DNA from: Geobacteraceae bacterium
GTDB taxonomy: Bacteria > Desulfobacterota > Desulfuromonadia > Geobacterales > Pseudopelobacteraceae
Reading direction: 5' to 3'
DNA: 64,000 nt
NCBI GenBank assembly: GCA_013336525.1
Contig: JAAXTM010000008.1
Location: 37,459 to 101,458 of the forward strand
Part shown: positions 30,343 through 41,231 of the stretch, in pieces
How the letters are laid out: each line of letters begins with the position of its first letter
Numbering within the stretch: the first letter of the stretch is position 1
The notes under the pieces: generated by a model
What the model saw: only the letters and a program-made list of their open reading frames with translations
Told to the model about the DNA's origin: nothing
Database searches by the model: none
Program-made: the position numbers and the translations under genes

Positions 30343-32427
30343 ATGTTTTATAGCCTTAAGTCGTTGCTGTTTGCCTTTGCAGGAATAACTTTTATAACCG
30401 GAACAGCCCAGGCGGATGAATATTTGAATCGTGCCGCCGGACAGTACCGCGACAAAGATTTTGTCGGTGCCTATGCATCAGCCGGAAAATCTTCCGATCA
30501 GACGCATCGCTCTTTTGTTCGTGGAATGGCTGCGTTGCGTATGGACAGGTTCGAAGAAGCGGCGTCGCTTTTGGCTGAGGCGGAGCAAAAACTGCCGCTG
30601 ATTGCTGATTATGCGGCGCTCTTTCAGGCTGAAGCGCTCCTGAAATTAAAGCGATATCCGGCGGCATACGCCAAGGCCGCTTCAATCCGCACCACATTTC
30701 CCTCCTCAAAGACGGTGCGCCGCTCTGAAAAACTGTTAGCAGATATCATGCTTGAGTCAGGAGATTTCAAGGGAGCCCTCAAGTCATACCAGGCATACAT
30801 AGAAAAATATGCTTCGGGGAGCGATTCCGTCGATGCGAGTTACCAGTCGGCGCGATGCCGTGAAGAGCTGGCTGATGCTGCAGGGGCGCTGCAGGTCTAT
30901 CGGAGCCTTTGGCTCAATAGTCCGGCGTCACCTCTGGCCGGCAAGTCGCAGGAACGAATCAAGCAGCTTGAACGCCCGGACCTTAAATTAGCGCCTTATA
31001 CGGCTGAAGAACTTCTTAAGCGGGCTTCTGCACTTTACGCACAGAATGAATTCAGTGCCTCTGTCAAGACTCTGGAGATGATCCCTGCTGCTTCACCGTC
31101 ACAAGCCGTTATAAACTGGGCCGATCTTCGGACCGGTATGGCGCAATATCGTCTGAGACAGTACAAGCAGGCTGAAAAGCAGTTCGTCAAGGCTGCCGCC
31201 AGCCCGTTGCCGGTCGTTCGCTCGGAAGCGCGTTTCTGGCTGGCTAAAGCCCTTGAGAGGCAGGATCTGAAAGAGCGTGCTTTGGCAATGTACCTTGAGC
31301 TTGCTGGAGAAGGGAAAAAACAGGAGTTTGCGGATGATGCCCTGATTGAAGCGGGAGGAATGAAGCGGGGCCTTGGGCAGTATGCTGAAGCGGCGCTCTT
31401 GTTCGATCAGGCGGCCAAACTTTCATCTGAATCAAAAATGGTTGCCAGGCTAGCCTGGGATTCGGGATGGTGTCGCTATCTTGCCGGGGAATATCCTGCT
31501 GCAATCGATGCATTCAAGGGCCTGCTTGCCGATGAAACACAGCGCGAGAAATCATTGTACTGGCTTGGCAAGGCACTGGAAAAGAGCAGCGATGCCACTA
31601 CTGCCGCCACCTATTATCGTACGCTTCTGGACGAATTCCCGGCCGGTTTCTATGCCACATGGTATCGAGAACAGAAGGGGATTAAAGACAGCCGGGAGTC
31701 ACTAGGCAACCGTGATGCCCAGAGTGAACTCCCCTTTGTGCCCGGATTTGAAAAGGCGCGTCTGCTGGCCTCACTCGGCATGCTTGAAGATGCGAGGGTA
31801 GAAGTGGCGGCGGCGCGTAAAAAAAATAGTGAAAAGAAGGGGCAGTTCCCTGCGCTAGCCAAAGTATATCTTGATATGCGCGATTATGGCTCGGCAATCT
31901 CCCTGTTTATGCAAAACCGACCCGTGGCATGGGATAAGGCGGCATTGCCGCTCTGGACAGCCGGTTATCCGCGGGCTTACACGGATCTTGTCAGTCAGAA
32001 TGCCGCTCTTAACGGCTTGTCGGAAGGGTTGGTCTATGCTCTGATCCGTGCCGAAAGCGGTTTTGCCCCGGCGATCAAATCTGGTGCCGGTGCGATTGGG
32101 TTAATGCAGATGATGCCTGCTACGGCCAAGCTGACCGCTCGTGAAAAAGGGGAGTTTAATCCGCTACGCCTGACTGTGCCGGAATACAATATCCGTTTGG
32201 GTACAAAGCATCTTCATGACCTGATGAAAGAGCAGAATGGTGATGTTGTCTACATGGCGGCGGCATACAATGCCGGGTCGGCAGCTTTGGGTCGTTGGAA
32301 AAAAAGTTTTAACGGGTTGAATAAGGATGAATTTATTGAAAGCATTCCCTATCAGGAAACCCGTGATTATGTTAAAAAAGTGTACGCTTCTGCAGCTACC
32401 TATCGGCAATTGTACGGGTTAAAATAG
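30343..32427 (+). CDS. soluble lytic murein transglycosylase (Slt70-like: TPR/superhelical N-domain plus SLT)
   Basis: 694 aa with a signal peptide, a long TPR-like region, and the C-terminal SLT catalytic motif IRAESGFAP...GAIGLMQMMPATA...AAYNAG. Confidence 0.85.
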   Translation: MFYSLKSLLFAFAGITFITGTAQADEYLNRAAGQYRDKDFVGAYASAGKSSDQTHRSFVRGMAALRMDRFEEAASLLAEAEQKLPLIADYAALFQAEALLKLKRYPAAYAKAASIRTTFPSSKTVRRSEKLLADIMLESGDFKGALKSYQAYIEKYASGSDSVDASYQSARCREELADAAGALQVYRSLWLNSPASPLAGKSQERIKQLERPDLKLAPYTAEELLKRASALYAQNEFSASVKTLEMIPAASPSQAVINWADLRTGMAQYRLRQYKQAEKQFVKAAASPLPVVRSEARFWLAKALERQDLKERALAMYLELAGEGKKQEFADDALIEAGGMKRGLGQYAEAALLFDQAAKLSSESKMVARLAWDSGWCRYLAGEYPAAIDAFKGLLADETQREKSLYWLGKALEKSSDATTAATYYRTLLDEFPAGFYATWYREQKGIKDSRESLGNRDAQSELPFVPGFEKARLLASLGMLEDARVEVAAARKKNSEKKGQFPALAKVYLDMRDYGSAISLFMQNRPVAWDKAALPLWTAGYPRAYTDLVSQNAALNGLSEGLVYALIRAESGFAPAIKSGAGAIGLMQMMPATAKLTAREKGEFNPLRLTVPEYNIRLGTKHLHDLMKEQNGDVVYMAAAYNAGSAALGRWKKSFNGLNKDEFIESIPYQETRDYVKKVYASAATYRQLYGLK

Positions 32428-32437
32428 TTATCCTATA

Positions 32438-32570
32438 AACAGTTATCCGCAGATTGACGCAGACAGATCAAAAACTTGAAAAAATACCGGATTAACCAAA
32501 AAGATGAACCTGTTTTTTAAATAAGCTATTGGGTATATCTGCGTTAATCTGAGTAATCTGCGGATTGATT
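32438..32570. repeat. MITE/REP-like inverted-repeat element, copy A
   Basis: The left arm is AACAGTTATCCGCAGATTGACGCAGA. The right arm is TCTGCGTTAATCTGAGTAATCTGCGGATTGATT. ATCCGCAGATT/AATCTGCGGAT is a perfect 11-bp inverted repeat. The element is homologous to the copy at 40636-40806. Confidence 0.8.
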
Positions 32571-32616
32571 GCCGTTTTTAGAGTAATTCATTCCACAATA
32601 CGAAAGGCTTGACCGC

Positions 32617-35229
32617 ATGGCAGAGCAGACCCCCATGATGCGACAATATCTGGAGATCAAGTCAGGTTATCCCGATGCGATCCTCTTTTTTCGCATGGGG
32701 GATTTTTACGAGATGTTTCTGGATGATGCGCTGCTGGCCTCCCGTCTGCTCGATATCTCCCTGACATCGCGTAACAAGGGGAGCGGTGACGAGATCCCCT
32801 TCTGCGGAGTCCCCTTCCATTCTGCCGCCCCATACGTTGCCAGGTTGATTGAACTTGGCCACAAGGTTGCCATTTGCGAACAGGTTGAAGACCCGAAACA
32901 GGCTAAAGGAATTGTCAGGCGCGAGGTTGTGAGGGTTGTTACCCCCGGTCTTCTGATTGAATCCGAGAGTCTGGTGCCTGACGAAAATAATTACCTGCTG
33001 GCACTGTGCGAAGCATCAGACGGCAACTGGGGCTGCGCCTGGCTGGATGTCTCCACCGGCGAGTTTCGTGCGACGGAGTTGGTCGGTGCCGCTGCCGCGC
33101 TGGCCGAAGCGGTCGGGGTAAACCCCCGTGAAATTCTTCTCTCCGATGCTCTTGATATCAAAAACCTGCCGCCCGATCTGCGCTCATTTCTGAATGAGCG
33201 AATACTCTCCCGTGCCCCGTCATGGATCTTTGATCGTGACTATGCCACGACGCTTCTTTGCGGACATTTCGGAGCTGCCTCGGTCGAAGCGCTAGGCCTC
33301 GATGGTGCACCGAATGCCCTGCTTGCCGCTGCGGCAGCCCTTTATTACCTGCGTGAAAACCGTAAGTCGGCGCTGCCGCACATTCGCGATATCCTGGTCT
33401 CACGGCGCAGCCAGCATCTGGCCCTTGATCCCGCCACCCGCCGCAATCTCGAAATTACCGCCAGCATGGCAGAAGGAAAGCGCAGCGGTTCGCTGCTCGG
33501 GTGTCTTGATCGCACCGGAACCGCCATGGGCGCCCGCAGGTTAAAGCAGTGGCTGAGTTATCCGCTGATCGAGCTGGAGCCGATCAGGCAGCGGCTTGGT
33601 GCCGTGGAAGAGCTGCTTGAATTTCCAGAGCTGCGGGAAAAATTGTCTTCATGCCTGAAAAATATTGCCGACCTGGAACGGCTTAACGGCCGTATCGGTA
33701 TGGCCAGCGCCGGTGGGCGTGATCTTCGGGCTCTGCATGATTCCCTGATCCATCTTCACCCATTGTTGGACCGCATGACAGGCGTGCAGGCTACTCTGCT
33801 GATATCGCTACAGGGTTCCATTGACCCGCTGGATGACATCTGTATGCTGATGTCACGCGGCATAATAGAGTCCCCACCCTTTTCACTTCGTGAAGGGGGT
33901 ATTATCGCGCCGGGCTATAATGCCGAGCTGGATGAACTGCGTGCTGTCAGCAGTGAGGGTAAGGGGTTCATTGCCCGGCTGGAAGCGCAGGAGCGTACCC
34001 GCACCGGCATATCGACCCTGAAAATCCGCTACAACCGGGTGTTCGGGTATTCAATCGAGGTAACAAAAAGCAACCTGGCGGCGGTGCCGGCGGATTACAT
34101 CCGTCGTCAGACACTCGCCAACGCCGAGCGCTATGTCACCGAAGAGTTGAAGAACTACGAAGAAAAGGTGCTGGGGGCGGAAGAGCGAATCTGCAATCTT
34201 GAATTTACCTTGTTCCAGGAAATCCGAGAACTGGTGGCTGCCCAGGCAGAACGGATCTCACGGACAGCTGATGGCCTGGCGGTTCTGGACGTACTGCTTT
34301 CGCTGGCGACAGTGGCTTGTGAACGTAATTACTGTAAGCCTCAGGTCGATGATTCCGATGTGATTGATATCCGTGACGGTCGCCACCCGGTGATCGAGGC
34401 GATGAAGCTGGGGGAGCGTTTCGTTCCGAACGACACCCTGCTTGATGCGGAGAGCAACCAGCTTCTGATGATTACCGGCCCCAACATGGCCGGTAAATCG
34501 ACCTATATGCGCCAGGTGGCGCTGATTGCCCTGATGGCACAGGCCGGCAGTTTTGTCCCTGCCGGGACTGCCCGCATCGGCATCGCCGACCGCATCTTTA
34601 CCCGTGTCGGTGCTGGTGATAACCTGGCCCGCGGCCAATCCACCTTTATGCTGGAAATGATGGAGGCGGCCGGGATTCTCCGTAACGCTACTCCCCGGAG
34701 CCTGATTATCATGGACGAGATCGGTCGCGGCACCTCAACCTTTGACGGTGTTTCAATCGCCTGGGCTGTGGCGGAATATATCCACGACACCCCGACCTGC
34801 CGCAGTCGCACTCTTTTTGCCACGCACTACCACGAACTGACAGAGCTGGCGACTACCCGCGAGCGGATTAAGAACTTTACCGTAGCGGTGCGGGAGTGGA
34901 ACGATCAGATTATTTTCCTGCGCACTATCATACCCGGCGGAGCCTCTCACTCCTACGGTATTCAGGTAGCCCGCCTGGCGGGAATGCCGGCGGACGTTAT
35001 CGAGCGCGCCAAAGAAATTCTCAAAAACCTTGAGAACGGTGAATTCGAGGAGGGGGCTCCGCGTCTGGCTAAGAGCAATAAGAAGCCATCCAGTGAACCG
35101 TCTCCGCAATTTTCGCTGTTCGAAACCAGCGAAGATCAGCTGCGCCACCGCCTGAAGAAGCTCAATATAGCCACGCTGACTCCGCTGGAGGCGCTTAATC
35201 TGCTTGATGAGTTGAAGCGGATGGTTTAA
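32617..35229 (+). CDS. mutS: DNA mismatch repair protein MutS
   Basis: 870 aa; [11 protein letters not shown]...FFRMGDFYE, Walker [10 protein letters not shown], and [12 protein letters not shown]. Confidence 0.97.
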   Translation: MAEQTPMMRQYLEIKSGYPDAILFFRMGDFYEMFLDDALLASRLLDISLTSRNKGSGDEIPFCGVPFHSAAPYVARLIELGHKVAICEQVEDPKQAKGIVRREVVRVVTPGLLIESESLVPDENNYLLALCEASDGNWGCAWLDVSTGEFRATELVGAAAALAEAVGVNPREILLSDALDIKNLPPDLRSFLNERILSRAPSWIFDRDYATTLLCGHFGAASVEALGLDGAPNALLAAAAALYYLRENRKSALPHIRDILVSRRSQHLALDPATRRNLEITASMAEGKRSGSLLGCLDRTGTAMGARRLKQWLSYPLIELEPIRQRLGAVEELLEFPELREKLSSCLKNIADLERLNGRIGMASAGGRDLRALHDSLIHLHPLLDRMTGVQATLLISLQGSIDPLDDICMLMSRGIIESPPFSLREGGIIAPGYNAELDELRAVSSEGKGFIARLEAQERTRTGISTLKIRYNRVFGYSIEVTKSNLAAVPADYIRRQTLANAERYVTEELKNYEEKVLGAEERICNLEFTLFQEIRELVAAQAERISRTADGLAVLDVLLSLATVACERNYCKPQVDDSDVIDIRDGRHPVIEAMKLGERFVPNDTLLDAESNQLLMITGPNMAGKSTYMRQVALIALMAQAGSFVPAGTARIGIADRIFTRVGAGDNLARGQSTFMLEMMEAAGILRNATPRSLIIMDEIGRGTSTFDGVSIAWAVAEYIHDTPTCRSRTLFATHYHELTELATTRERIKNFTVAVREWNDQIIFLRTIIPGGASHSYGIQVARLAGMPADVIERAKEILKNLENGEFEEGAPRLAKSNKKPSSEPSPQFSLFETSEDQLRHRLKKLNIATLTPLEALNLLDELKRMV

Positions 35230-35250
35230 TTGCATAAAAGGAAACTATAA

Positions 35251-35553
35251 ATGGGTATAGAGGTCTATGTAGGACAAATTTCCGGTTCGGTCACGGAAGA
35301 TGAAGTTAAGAAACTGTTTTCCGTCGTCGGTGCTGTTGAGTCCGTTCATCTGGTGGTTGATTCCTCTTCAGGTGAATTCCGGGGGTGCGGGTACGTCAGG
35401 ATGTCTACCGACGAGGAAGCCAGAGAGGCTATCGATCTCCTTAATGGTGCCAAACTTGGTGACCGCCTGATCACAGTCAAAAAGGCACCGCCCAAAACAT
35501 TTAAAAAGGCAGGCTCATCAGGTGGCGGCGGGCAGGGGCAAAGGCCTCAATAA
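35251..35553 (+). CDS. RRM-type RNA-binding protein
   Basis: 100 aa; RNP2 VYVGQI, RNP1 RGCGYVRM, and a Gly-rich tail. Confidence 0.85.
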   Translation: MGIEVYVGQISGSVTEDEVKKLFSVVGAVESVHLVVDSSSGEFRGCGYVRMSTDEEAREAIDLLNGAKLGDRLITVKKAPPKTFKKAGSSGGGGQGQRPQ

Positions 35554-35632
35554 GTTGAAACATTGAGTGATTTCTGCTAAAAGAACACGTCACCAACTTC
35601 AATCCATAATGGCCGACAGGCAAAGCGATACC

Positions 35633-36889
35633 ATGAATCGATACCTTTACATACTCTCCTGTCTCCTGATTCTCCTTACTCTGCTGCCGCTGCCGGCTCT
35701 GGCAGCTAAGAAAAAGGTAATTTTTAGTGAGCAGACATCAGCGACTTCTCGTCCCTCTGCTGTTTTGAATGAGATGAAACATTGGTCAACCCCTGATTAC
35801 ACACGAATTTCACTGGAACTTGATCGAGATGTTACCTGGGAAGCACATGAGCTCGGTAAAGGTACTCCCGACAGGCCAGGCCGGGTTTACATTGATCTGA
35901 AGCGAACCCGTATGGGGAAAAATGTGAAGGATATCACCATCGGAGACGGCTTGTTGAAAGGCGCCAGGGTTGCCCAGTATAAGGCTGAAGTTGTAAGGGT
36001 CGTGCTGGATACCGAAAACATCAAGGATTATAAAGTTTTTCCGCTGTCCGATCCGGCGCGACTGGTTATCGATGTACGCGGGGAACGGCAGACGGAGATT
36101 TCACGCCTGGAACCGGTTGTTTCAGCCATGCCTGAACGGATTGTGGTGCCGAAACTCGAGGAACAGCAATCTGTTACAGAAAAAAAGGTCAAGCACCCTA
36201 AAAAAGCAGCCATTTCAAAAATCAGGCGAATTGTCGTTGATCCGGGTCACGGCGGCCATGATCCCGGCGCGGTCGGACCGAGCGGAATACAGGAAAAAGA
36301 CGTAGTGCTGGCGATCGGGCTTAAATTAAGGGATCTGTTCAAGGAAGAGCTGGGTGTGGATGTAGTCATGACACGCTCGACTGATGTCTTTATCCCGCTG
36401 GAGGAACGTACCGCTATTGCAAACAAGGTTGGCGCCGACCTGTTTCTGTCAGTTCATGCCAATGCAGCGCTCAATCGCTCTGCTGCCGGAATTGAAACCT
36501 ATTATCTTAATCTTGCAAAGACCGAGAAAGTTGCTCAATTGGCAGCCAAGGAGAACGGTACTTCACTTGAAAAGGTCAGTGTTCTGCAGGCGATCCTGTT
36601 TGATCTGATGGCAAACTATAAGTTGAATGATTCGGCTCATTTGGCTGATGAAGTTCAAAAAGCACTATATAAAAAGATTCGTACCCGCCACGCTGATGTG
36701 AAAAATCTGGGTGTCAAGCAGGGCCCTTTCTACGTTCTGGTAGGAGCCTCCATGCCCAGTATCCTCGTTGAAACCGCTTTTCTCTCTAATGCTAACGAAG
36801 AATCCCGCCTGAAAGACCCTGTCTATCTGGATATGTCTGCCGAGGGTATTTTGGACGGCGTCCGCAGCTATATCAACAGCCTGAAATAG
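35633..36889 (+). CDS. N-acetylmuramoyl-L-alanine amidase (AMIN domain plus Amidase_3)
   Basis: The start MNRYLYILSCLLILLTLLPLPALA is a signal peptide. An AMIN-like region follows (TRISLELDRDV...VYIDLKRT), then the amidase core VVDPGHGGHDPGA...SVHANA. Confidence 0.85.
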   Translation: MNRYLYILSCLLILLTLLPLPALAAKKKVIFSEQTSATSRPSAVLNEMKHWSTPDYTRISLELDRDVTWEAHELGKGTPDRPGRVYIDLKRTRMGKNVKDITIGDGLLKGARVAQYKAEVVRVVLDTENIKDYKVFPLSDPARLVIDVRGERQTEISRLEPVVSAMPERIVVPKLEEQQSVTEKKVKHPKKAAISKIRRIVVDPGHGGHDPGAVGPSGIQEKDVVLAIGLKLRDLFKEELGVDVVMTRSTDVFIPLEERTAIANKVGADLFLSVHANAALNRSAAGIETYYLNLAKTEKVAQLAAKENGTSLEKVSVLQAILFDLMANYKLNDSAHLADEVQKALYKKIRTRHADVKNLGVKQGPFYVLVGASMPSILVETAFLSNANEESRLKDPVYLDMSAEGILDGVRSYINSLK

Positions 36890-36895
36890 CAACAA

Positions 36896-37420
36896 CTACA
36901 TTCGTTTAAGAGCTTCGGCGATAGTCACGCGCACCTCTGTCTCGCTGCTTTCAGCCTGCGACAGGTAGATGGAGTTGATAGCTACGAGCAGCGTATTGAG
37001 CTTGTCCAGATCAACTACGCTCGTGCCTGAAAGGGGGGATTCGGTGCCGGTCAGGTTGAGTGGGCAACAGTCGCTGTTGCGCTGACCTTCTGATGTGTAG
37101 ATTATGGGTAGTCCATGGGTGCGGCAGATAATAGGGCGGGCTTCATATAACAGGCATTGGTGCTGAAACAGGAGCGGGCAACGTTCACCATCAGCATTCT
37201 CCAGGACGTGCCGGCGAATCTCATCAGCCCTCTGAGCCGGCAGCTTATTCAGTGCCTCCCGCATTGCCGCAGCTTCTACAGGAAAAACAGTGATGGAAGT
37301 GCAGCAGGAACTGCAGCCGGCAGAGCAGGTTATCTGTCCTCCCAGAGCCACTGCAATCGTTTGGCAGAGAGCATCGACTCTGGCGATCAGCTGTTGATAA
37401 TTTTCCAGTAAACGGGGCAT
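36896..37420 (-). CDS. YkgJ-family cysteine-cluster protein
   Basis: 174 aa; CSAGCSSCC... and CPLLFQHQCLLYEARPIICRTHG match the UPF0153/YkgJ pattern. Confidence 0.75.
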   Translation of the reverse strand: MPRLLENYQQLIARVDALCQTIAVALGGQITCSAGCSSCCTSITVFPVEAAAMREALNKLPAQRADEIRRHVLENADGERCPLLFQHQCLLYEARPIICRTHGLPIIYTSEGQRNSDCCPLNLTGTESPLSGTSVVDLDKLNTLLVAINSIYLSQAESSETEVRVTIAEALKRM

Positions 37421-37469
37421 AACGTCACCTTGGTATACCGAACTGCACTGCGGCGAACTTATCTAAATA

Positions 37470-38540
37470 TTAATTCCCTTCGCTCTGCGCCTTTAAGGCT
37501 TCCATTTGGTAGTATGCTCTCAGGGCATCGGTTATTTCGGCAATATCGCCAGCCATGATCGAGTCGAGGCGGTACAATGTCAGGCCGATACGGTGATCGG
37601 TCATCCTCCCCTGAGGGAAGTTATAGGTGCGGATACGTTCGCTCCGGTCGCCTGATCCTACCTGCTGCTTGCGGTCTGCAGCCAGTTTGGAGTCCTGGGC
37701 CTGTTGGATAGTATCCAGGATACGGGTTTTGAGCACCTTCATCGCCTTGGCGCGGTTCTTTATCTGGCTCCGCTCTTCCTGACAGGCGACAACCGTGCCG
37801 GTCGGGAGGTGCGTGATACGTACGGCGGAGTCGGTGGTGTTGACGTGCTGGCCGCCGGCACCGGAAGAACGATACACATCTATTTTCAGGTCATCCGGAC
37901 GGATATCGATATCAACATCTTCCGCTTCCGGCATGATTGCCACGGTGCAGGCACTGGTGTGAATACGCCCCTGAGCCTCGGTTTCCGGTACGCGCTGAAC
38001 GCGATGGGTGCCGGACTCGTACTTGAGTTTGGCAAAAACACCGACTCCCTCTACAGAAGCGATGATCTCTTTATAGCCGCCCCGTTCGGACTCGGAGGCA
38101 GAGATGATCTCGACTTTCCAGCGATTGGCGTCGGCGTAGCGCGAATACATGCGGAACAGGTCGCCGCCGAAGAGGGCGGATTCGTCTCCGCCGGTTCCGG
38201 CGCGAATCTCCAGAATGACACTCTTGTCATCATTCGGATCCTTTGGGAGCAGCAACAGCCTGATATCGGCATCAAGCTGGTCCTTTTCGGCATCCAGACT
38301 TTTAATCTCTTCCTCAGCCATATCTTTCATGTCAGGATCTGCAAGCAGTTCCTGGTTGTCCGCGATTTCGCCCAGCACTTTCCGATAGCGGCGATAGGCC
38401 GCTACCAGCTCGCTCAGATCGGAATGCTCGCGGGAAAGTTTACGGAACTCAGGTTGGTTAGAGATAACTGCCGGATCGGAAAGTAGCGCTTCCAGCTCCT
38501 GATAACGTCTCTCCAGTTCTTCTATCTTGTCCATCATCAT
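37470..38540 (-). CDS. prfA: peptide chain release factor 1
   Basis: 356 aa; it has the GGQ motif (SGAGGQHVN) and the PET/PxT region [13 protein letters not shown]. Confidence 0.97.
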   Translation of the reverse strand: MMMDKIEELERRYQELEALLSDPAVISNQPEFRKLSREHSDLSELVAAYRRYRKVLGEIADNQELLADPDMKDMAEEEIKSLDAEKDQLDADIRLLLLPKDPNDDKSVILEIRAGTGGDESALFGGDLFRMYSRYADANRWKVEIISASESERGGYKEIIASVEGVGVFAKLKYESGTHRVQRVPETEAQGRIHTSACTVAIMPEAEDVDIDIRPDDLKIDVYRSSGAGGQHVNTTDSAVRITHLPTGTVVACQEERSQIKNRAKAMKVLKTRILDTIQQAQDSKLAADRKQQVGSGDRSERIRTYNFPQGRMTDHRIGLTLYRLDSIMAGDIAEITDALRAYYQMEALKAQSEGN

Positions 38541-38870
38541 ACGTCATATTCCATCACCACCGCATATCGGCAGTGTCCTCTTTAGATTGTGTTGGCTATG
38601 CTCTGCCATGTTAAGGGGCCGAGTATACCCCATTATGAAACTCTACCCAAACAAAAAAACCGCTGTCGTGAGATGAAAAGGGGACTAAGGTATTACTCAG
38701 GTGTGGCTATTCTCGCAGTACGCCTTGAATCATGTTGCCTGCAGCTGACCGGAAAATACTTAGCTTTGCCGACCTGAAAAAACTAAACAGTATTTTATAA
38801 AGTTACCGGGGAAAATAGCCGAAAAGAGATGCAAAGGGAAGGCAAACCCAGTTCGGAAAACGAGGCTACC

Positions 38871-39620
38871 ATGCAGATGACCATTACATCATCACTCCAG
38901 CAATCACAGCTGGACTACAGTCAACGAACTCTTACCCAATCAATCTCAGTCACGTCTCCGCAACTGCCGCCCCCACCGCCCCCACCGCCGCAAGACCGTA
39001 TTGAATTTTCCCGCGAAGCCAGACGGCACAATAACGAAGGCCACTCAGTCGATCATGTGAATAAAACACCGCATGGCCGCAAAGACAATCAACTTTTCGA
39101 CTTCCTCAAAACAGTTGTTGAACAGATAAGCGGCGCACAGATTGATGATATGCAGCAGCTCACGGCTGACGATGCTGCAACTGTTCCTGTCGCTGCTAAC
39201 CAGCAGTCATCACTTTCCGCTCAACAGTCAACTCTGTCTTTCGAGAGCAACAGCCTTTCAATCGATGGTTCTGTTGCCACCTCCGATGGAGCCAAGCTGT
39301 CATTCAGTCTTGACCTGCAGGTGCTGCACGCCTCTGTCAGCGCCAGTGCCTTCAGCCTCAATAGCGGGCCGAGCGGCTACGATTTCAGCTTTGCCGGCAG
39401 TTCAGCCGAACTGACCAGTACCAGTTTCAGTTTCTCGCTTACCGCCGAAACCCCGGCAGGAACCCCGGCTACCGGCAGCGGAGTGGGTAAGTTCTCTCTG
39501 AAAGATGATTTGAAAGAGGTCCGCCAAACCCTGAAGCCTTTGCTCAAGGACTTTATGAAAGACGCCGGTATGACCTCCGACAGGCACAGCATCAACCAAT
39601 TTCTCAGTACATTGGCGTAA
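38871..39620 (+). CDS. hypothetical protein with polyproline run and Ser/Ala-rich repeats
   Basis: The ORF is open from 38829. The ATG at 38871 has a GAGG 6 nt upstream. The product contains PPPPPPPP. No family recognised. Confidence 0.5.
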   Translation: MQMTITSSLQQSQLDYSQRTLTQSISVTSPQLPPPPPPPPQDRIEFSREARRHNNEGHSVDHVNKTPHGRKDNQLFDFLKTVVEQISGAQIDDMQQLTADDAATVPVAANQQSSLSAQQSTLSFESNSLSIDGSVATSDGAKLSFSLDLQVLHASVSASAFSLNSGPSGYDFSFAGSSAELTSTSFSFSLTAETPAGTPATGSGVGKFSLKDDLKEVRQTLKPLLKDFMKDAGMTSDRHSINQFLSTLA

Positions 39621-39671
39621 CCCGGTTTTCCACCGGTAAACGCCGGAACCATTACCACCCATGCCATAAAA

Positions 39672-39706
39672 AAACGGGCCGGATTTCAATAATCCCGGCC
39701 CGTTTT
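39672..39706. terminator. bidirectional intrinsic terminator between convergent genes
   Basis: AAAAAAA-CGGGCCGG-atttcaataatc-CCGGCCCG-TTTT. Confidence 0.75.
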
Positions 39707-39725
39707 GGTGTTTAAAGATGTCTTG

Positions 39726-40601
39726 TTAAATTATTTTGTTCAGCGGGTACTCGATGATCCCTTCGGCTCCAAGTTCAAGGAGGTGGGGTACCACACGGCG
39801 AACGTCTTTCTCGGACAAAATGCTTTCGATTGAGAGCCAGTCAGAGTTATAGAGGTGCGATACCGTCGGGTTCTTGAGGCTTGGAAGCAGCTGGGTGATC
39901 GCATCAACCTTGTCTGCCGGAGCATTCATCTTCAGGCCCACCATTCCCTCGGCAGCCAGTGACGATTTCAGAAGCGTGGCGATCTGGTTGATCTTTGCCC
40001 GCTTCCATGGATCTGCCCAAGCGGCTTTACTTGCGAGCAGCACAGGCACGGATTCCATCAGTTCGCAGACGATACGCAGGCCATTTGCTTTTATGGTTGA
40101 GCCGGTTTCAGTCACTTCAACGATCGCGTCGCAGAGACCATCGACAACTTTAGCTTCGGTGGCGCCCCAGGAAAACTCGACGTTGACCGGAATGTTGCGC
40201 TCGGCAAAATAGCGCTTGGTGAAACCGACCAGCTCGGTGGAAATAGTGGCGCCGCTAAGATCTTCCGGCTTCTGCACCTTTGAATCAGCGTTGACGACCA
40301 ATACCCAGCGGGCCGGGCGGCGCGAAACTTTGGAATAGACCATTTCGCACACTTCAACGACATCGGAGTCATTTTCGCGCACCCAGTCGCGTCCGGCAAT
40401 ACCGGCGTCGATAGTCTCACGCTCGACGTAACGGGCCATTTCCTGCGGGCGGATAAGCTTGCAGTTCATCTCGGTGTCATCAACACCGGGAAAATAGCTG
40501 CGGGAGGAGATGCTGATCTGCCAGCCGGCCTTCTTGAAAAGGCCAACGGTTGCGTCTTCGAGGCTCCCTTTGGGGATGCCGAAATTCAAAATATTTGACA
40601 T
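39726..40601 (-). CDS. hisG: ATP phosphoribosyltransferase (long form)
   Basis: The start is [15 protein letters not shown]. At ~291 aa it includes the C-terminal regulatory domain. The longest-ORF start (40703) would run into the repeat element and is rejected. Confidence 0.9.
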   Translation of the reverse strand: MSNILNFGIPKGSLEDATVGLFKKAGWQISISSRSYFPGVDDTEMNCKLIRPQEMARYVERETIDAGIAGRDWVRENDSDVVEVCEMVYSKVSRRPARWVLVVNADSKVQKPEDLSGATISTELVGFTKRYFAERNIPVNVEFSWGATEAKVVDGLCDAIVEVTETGSTIKANGLRIVCELMESVPVLLASKAAWADPWKRAKINQIATLLKSSLAAEGMVGLKMNAPADKVDAITQLLPSLKNPTVSHLYNSDWLSIESILSEKDVRRVVPHLLELGAEGIIEYPLNKII

Positions 40602-40635
40602 TACATTCCTCTCTTGGTGGAAATTATAATCCAAA

Positions 40636-40806
40636 AAACAGTTAACCGCCGATGAACGCAGATACACGCCGCCAGAAGTAGGCGCTTCTAAGCGAAAAAT
40701 CATAGACTTAGAACAAATACGGGTTTAACTAAAATGGTTAGTCATTTTTTTTGCAGTAATGTTTGGTTTTATCTGCGTTCATCTGCGTGTTCTGCGGTTC
40801 AACTGT
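40636..40806. repeat. MITE/REP-like inverted-repeat element, copy B (between hisI and hisG)
   Basis: The left arm is AACAGTTAACCGCCGATGAACGCAGAT. The right arm is ATCTGCGTTCATCTGCGTGTTCTGCGGTTCAACTGTT. The right arm matches copy A at 23 of 29 positions, and the internal AAATACGGGTTTAACTAAAA matches AAATACCGGATTAACCAAAA in copy A. Confidence 0.8.
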
Positions 40807-40821
40807 TGTTTCTTGGATAAT

Positions 40822-41202
40822 TTACGCTTTTTTATAAACTTCATTCGGGTCAAACAGCGGCTTCGAATGTTCCACCCATTCGCCGTTTTCCCACTTCACA
40901 TAAAAACAGCTGCGGTTGCCGGTGTGGCAGGCGGCCGGGCCGTTCTGCTTTACTTTGATGATGACGGTATCGGCGTCACAGTCGGTCAGCACTTCCATGA
41001 CATCCTGAGTGTTGCCGGACTCTTCGCCCTTCATCCAGTACTTGTTGCGGGTACGGCTGAAGAACCAGGTCTTGCCATCCTTCAGAGTCAAATCAAGGGT
41101 TTTCTTATCCATAAAGGCCACCATCAGGATTTCGCCATTTTCGTAGTCCTGGATCACCGCAGGGATCAGCCCACCCATTTTATCAAAGTCAATCTGAATC
41201 AC
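40822..41202 (-). CDS. hisI: phosphoribosyl-AMP cyclohydrolase
   Basis: 126 aa; LIPAVIQD...ILMVAFMDK...SRTRNKYWMKGEESGN...DCDADT...GPACHTG. It has a GTG start with GGAGG upstream. Confidence 0.9.
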   Translation of the reverse strand: MIQIDFDKMGGLIPAVIQDYENGEILMVAFMDKKTLDLTLKDGKTWFFSRTRNKYWMKGEESGNTQDVMEVLTDCDADTVIIKVKQNGPAACHTGNRSCFYVKWENGEWVEHSKPLFDPNEVYKKA

Positions 41203-41231
41203 GTTATGCCTCCGGGCCTGATAGTTTAAAG

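Noticed and set aside
37704-38486. Long antisense ORFs opposite real genes: 37704-38486 opposite prfA, 49561-50520 and 54958-55824 opposite B12-rSAM genes, 58804-59529 opposite an rSAM, 44931-45620 opposite the LolA-like gene, 17721-18368 opposite trpB, and 19481-20041 opposite pta.
   Set aside because: Each lies fully inside a gene with strong family motifs on the other strand. Their products are Arg/Gly/Pro-rich with no motifs, which is typical of shadow ORFs in GC-rich coding DNA.
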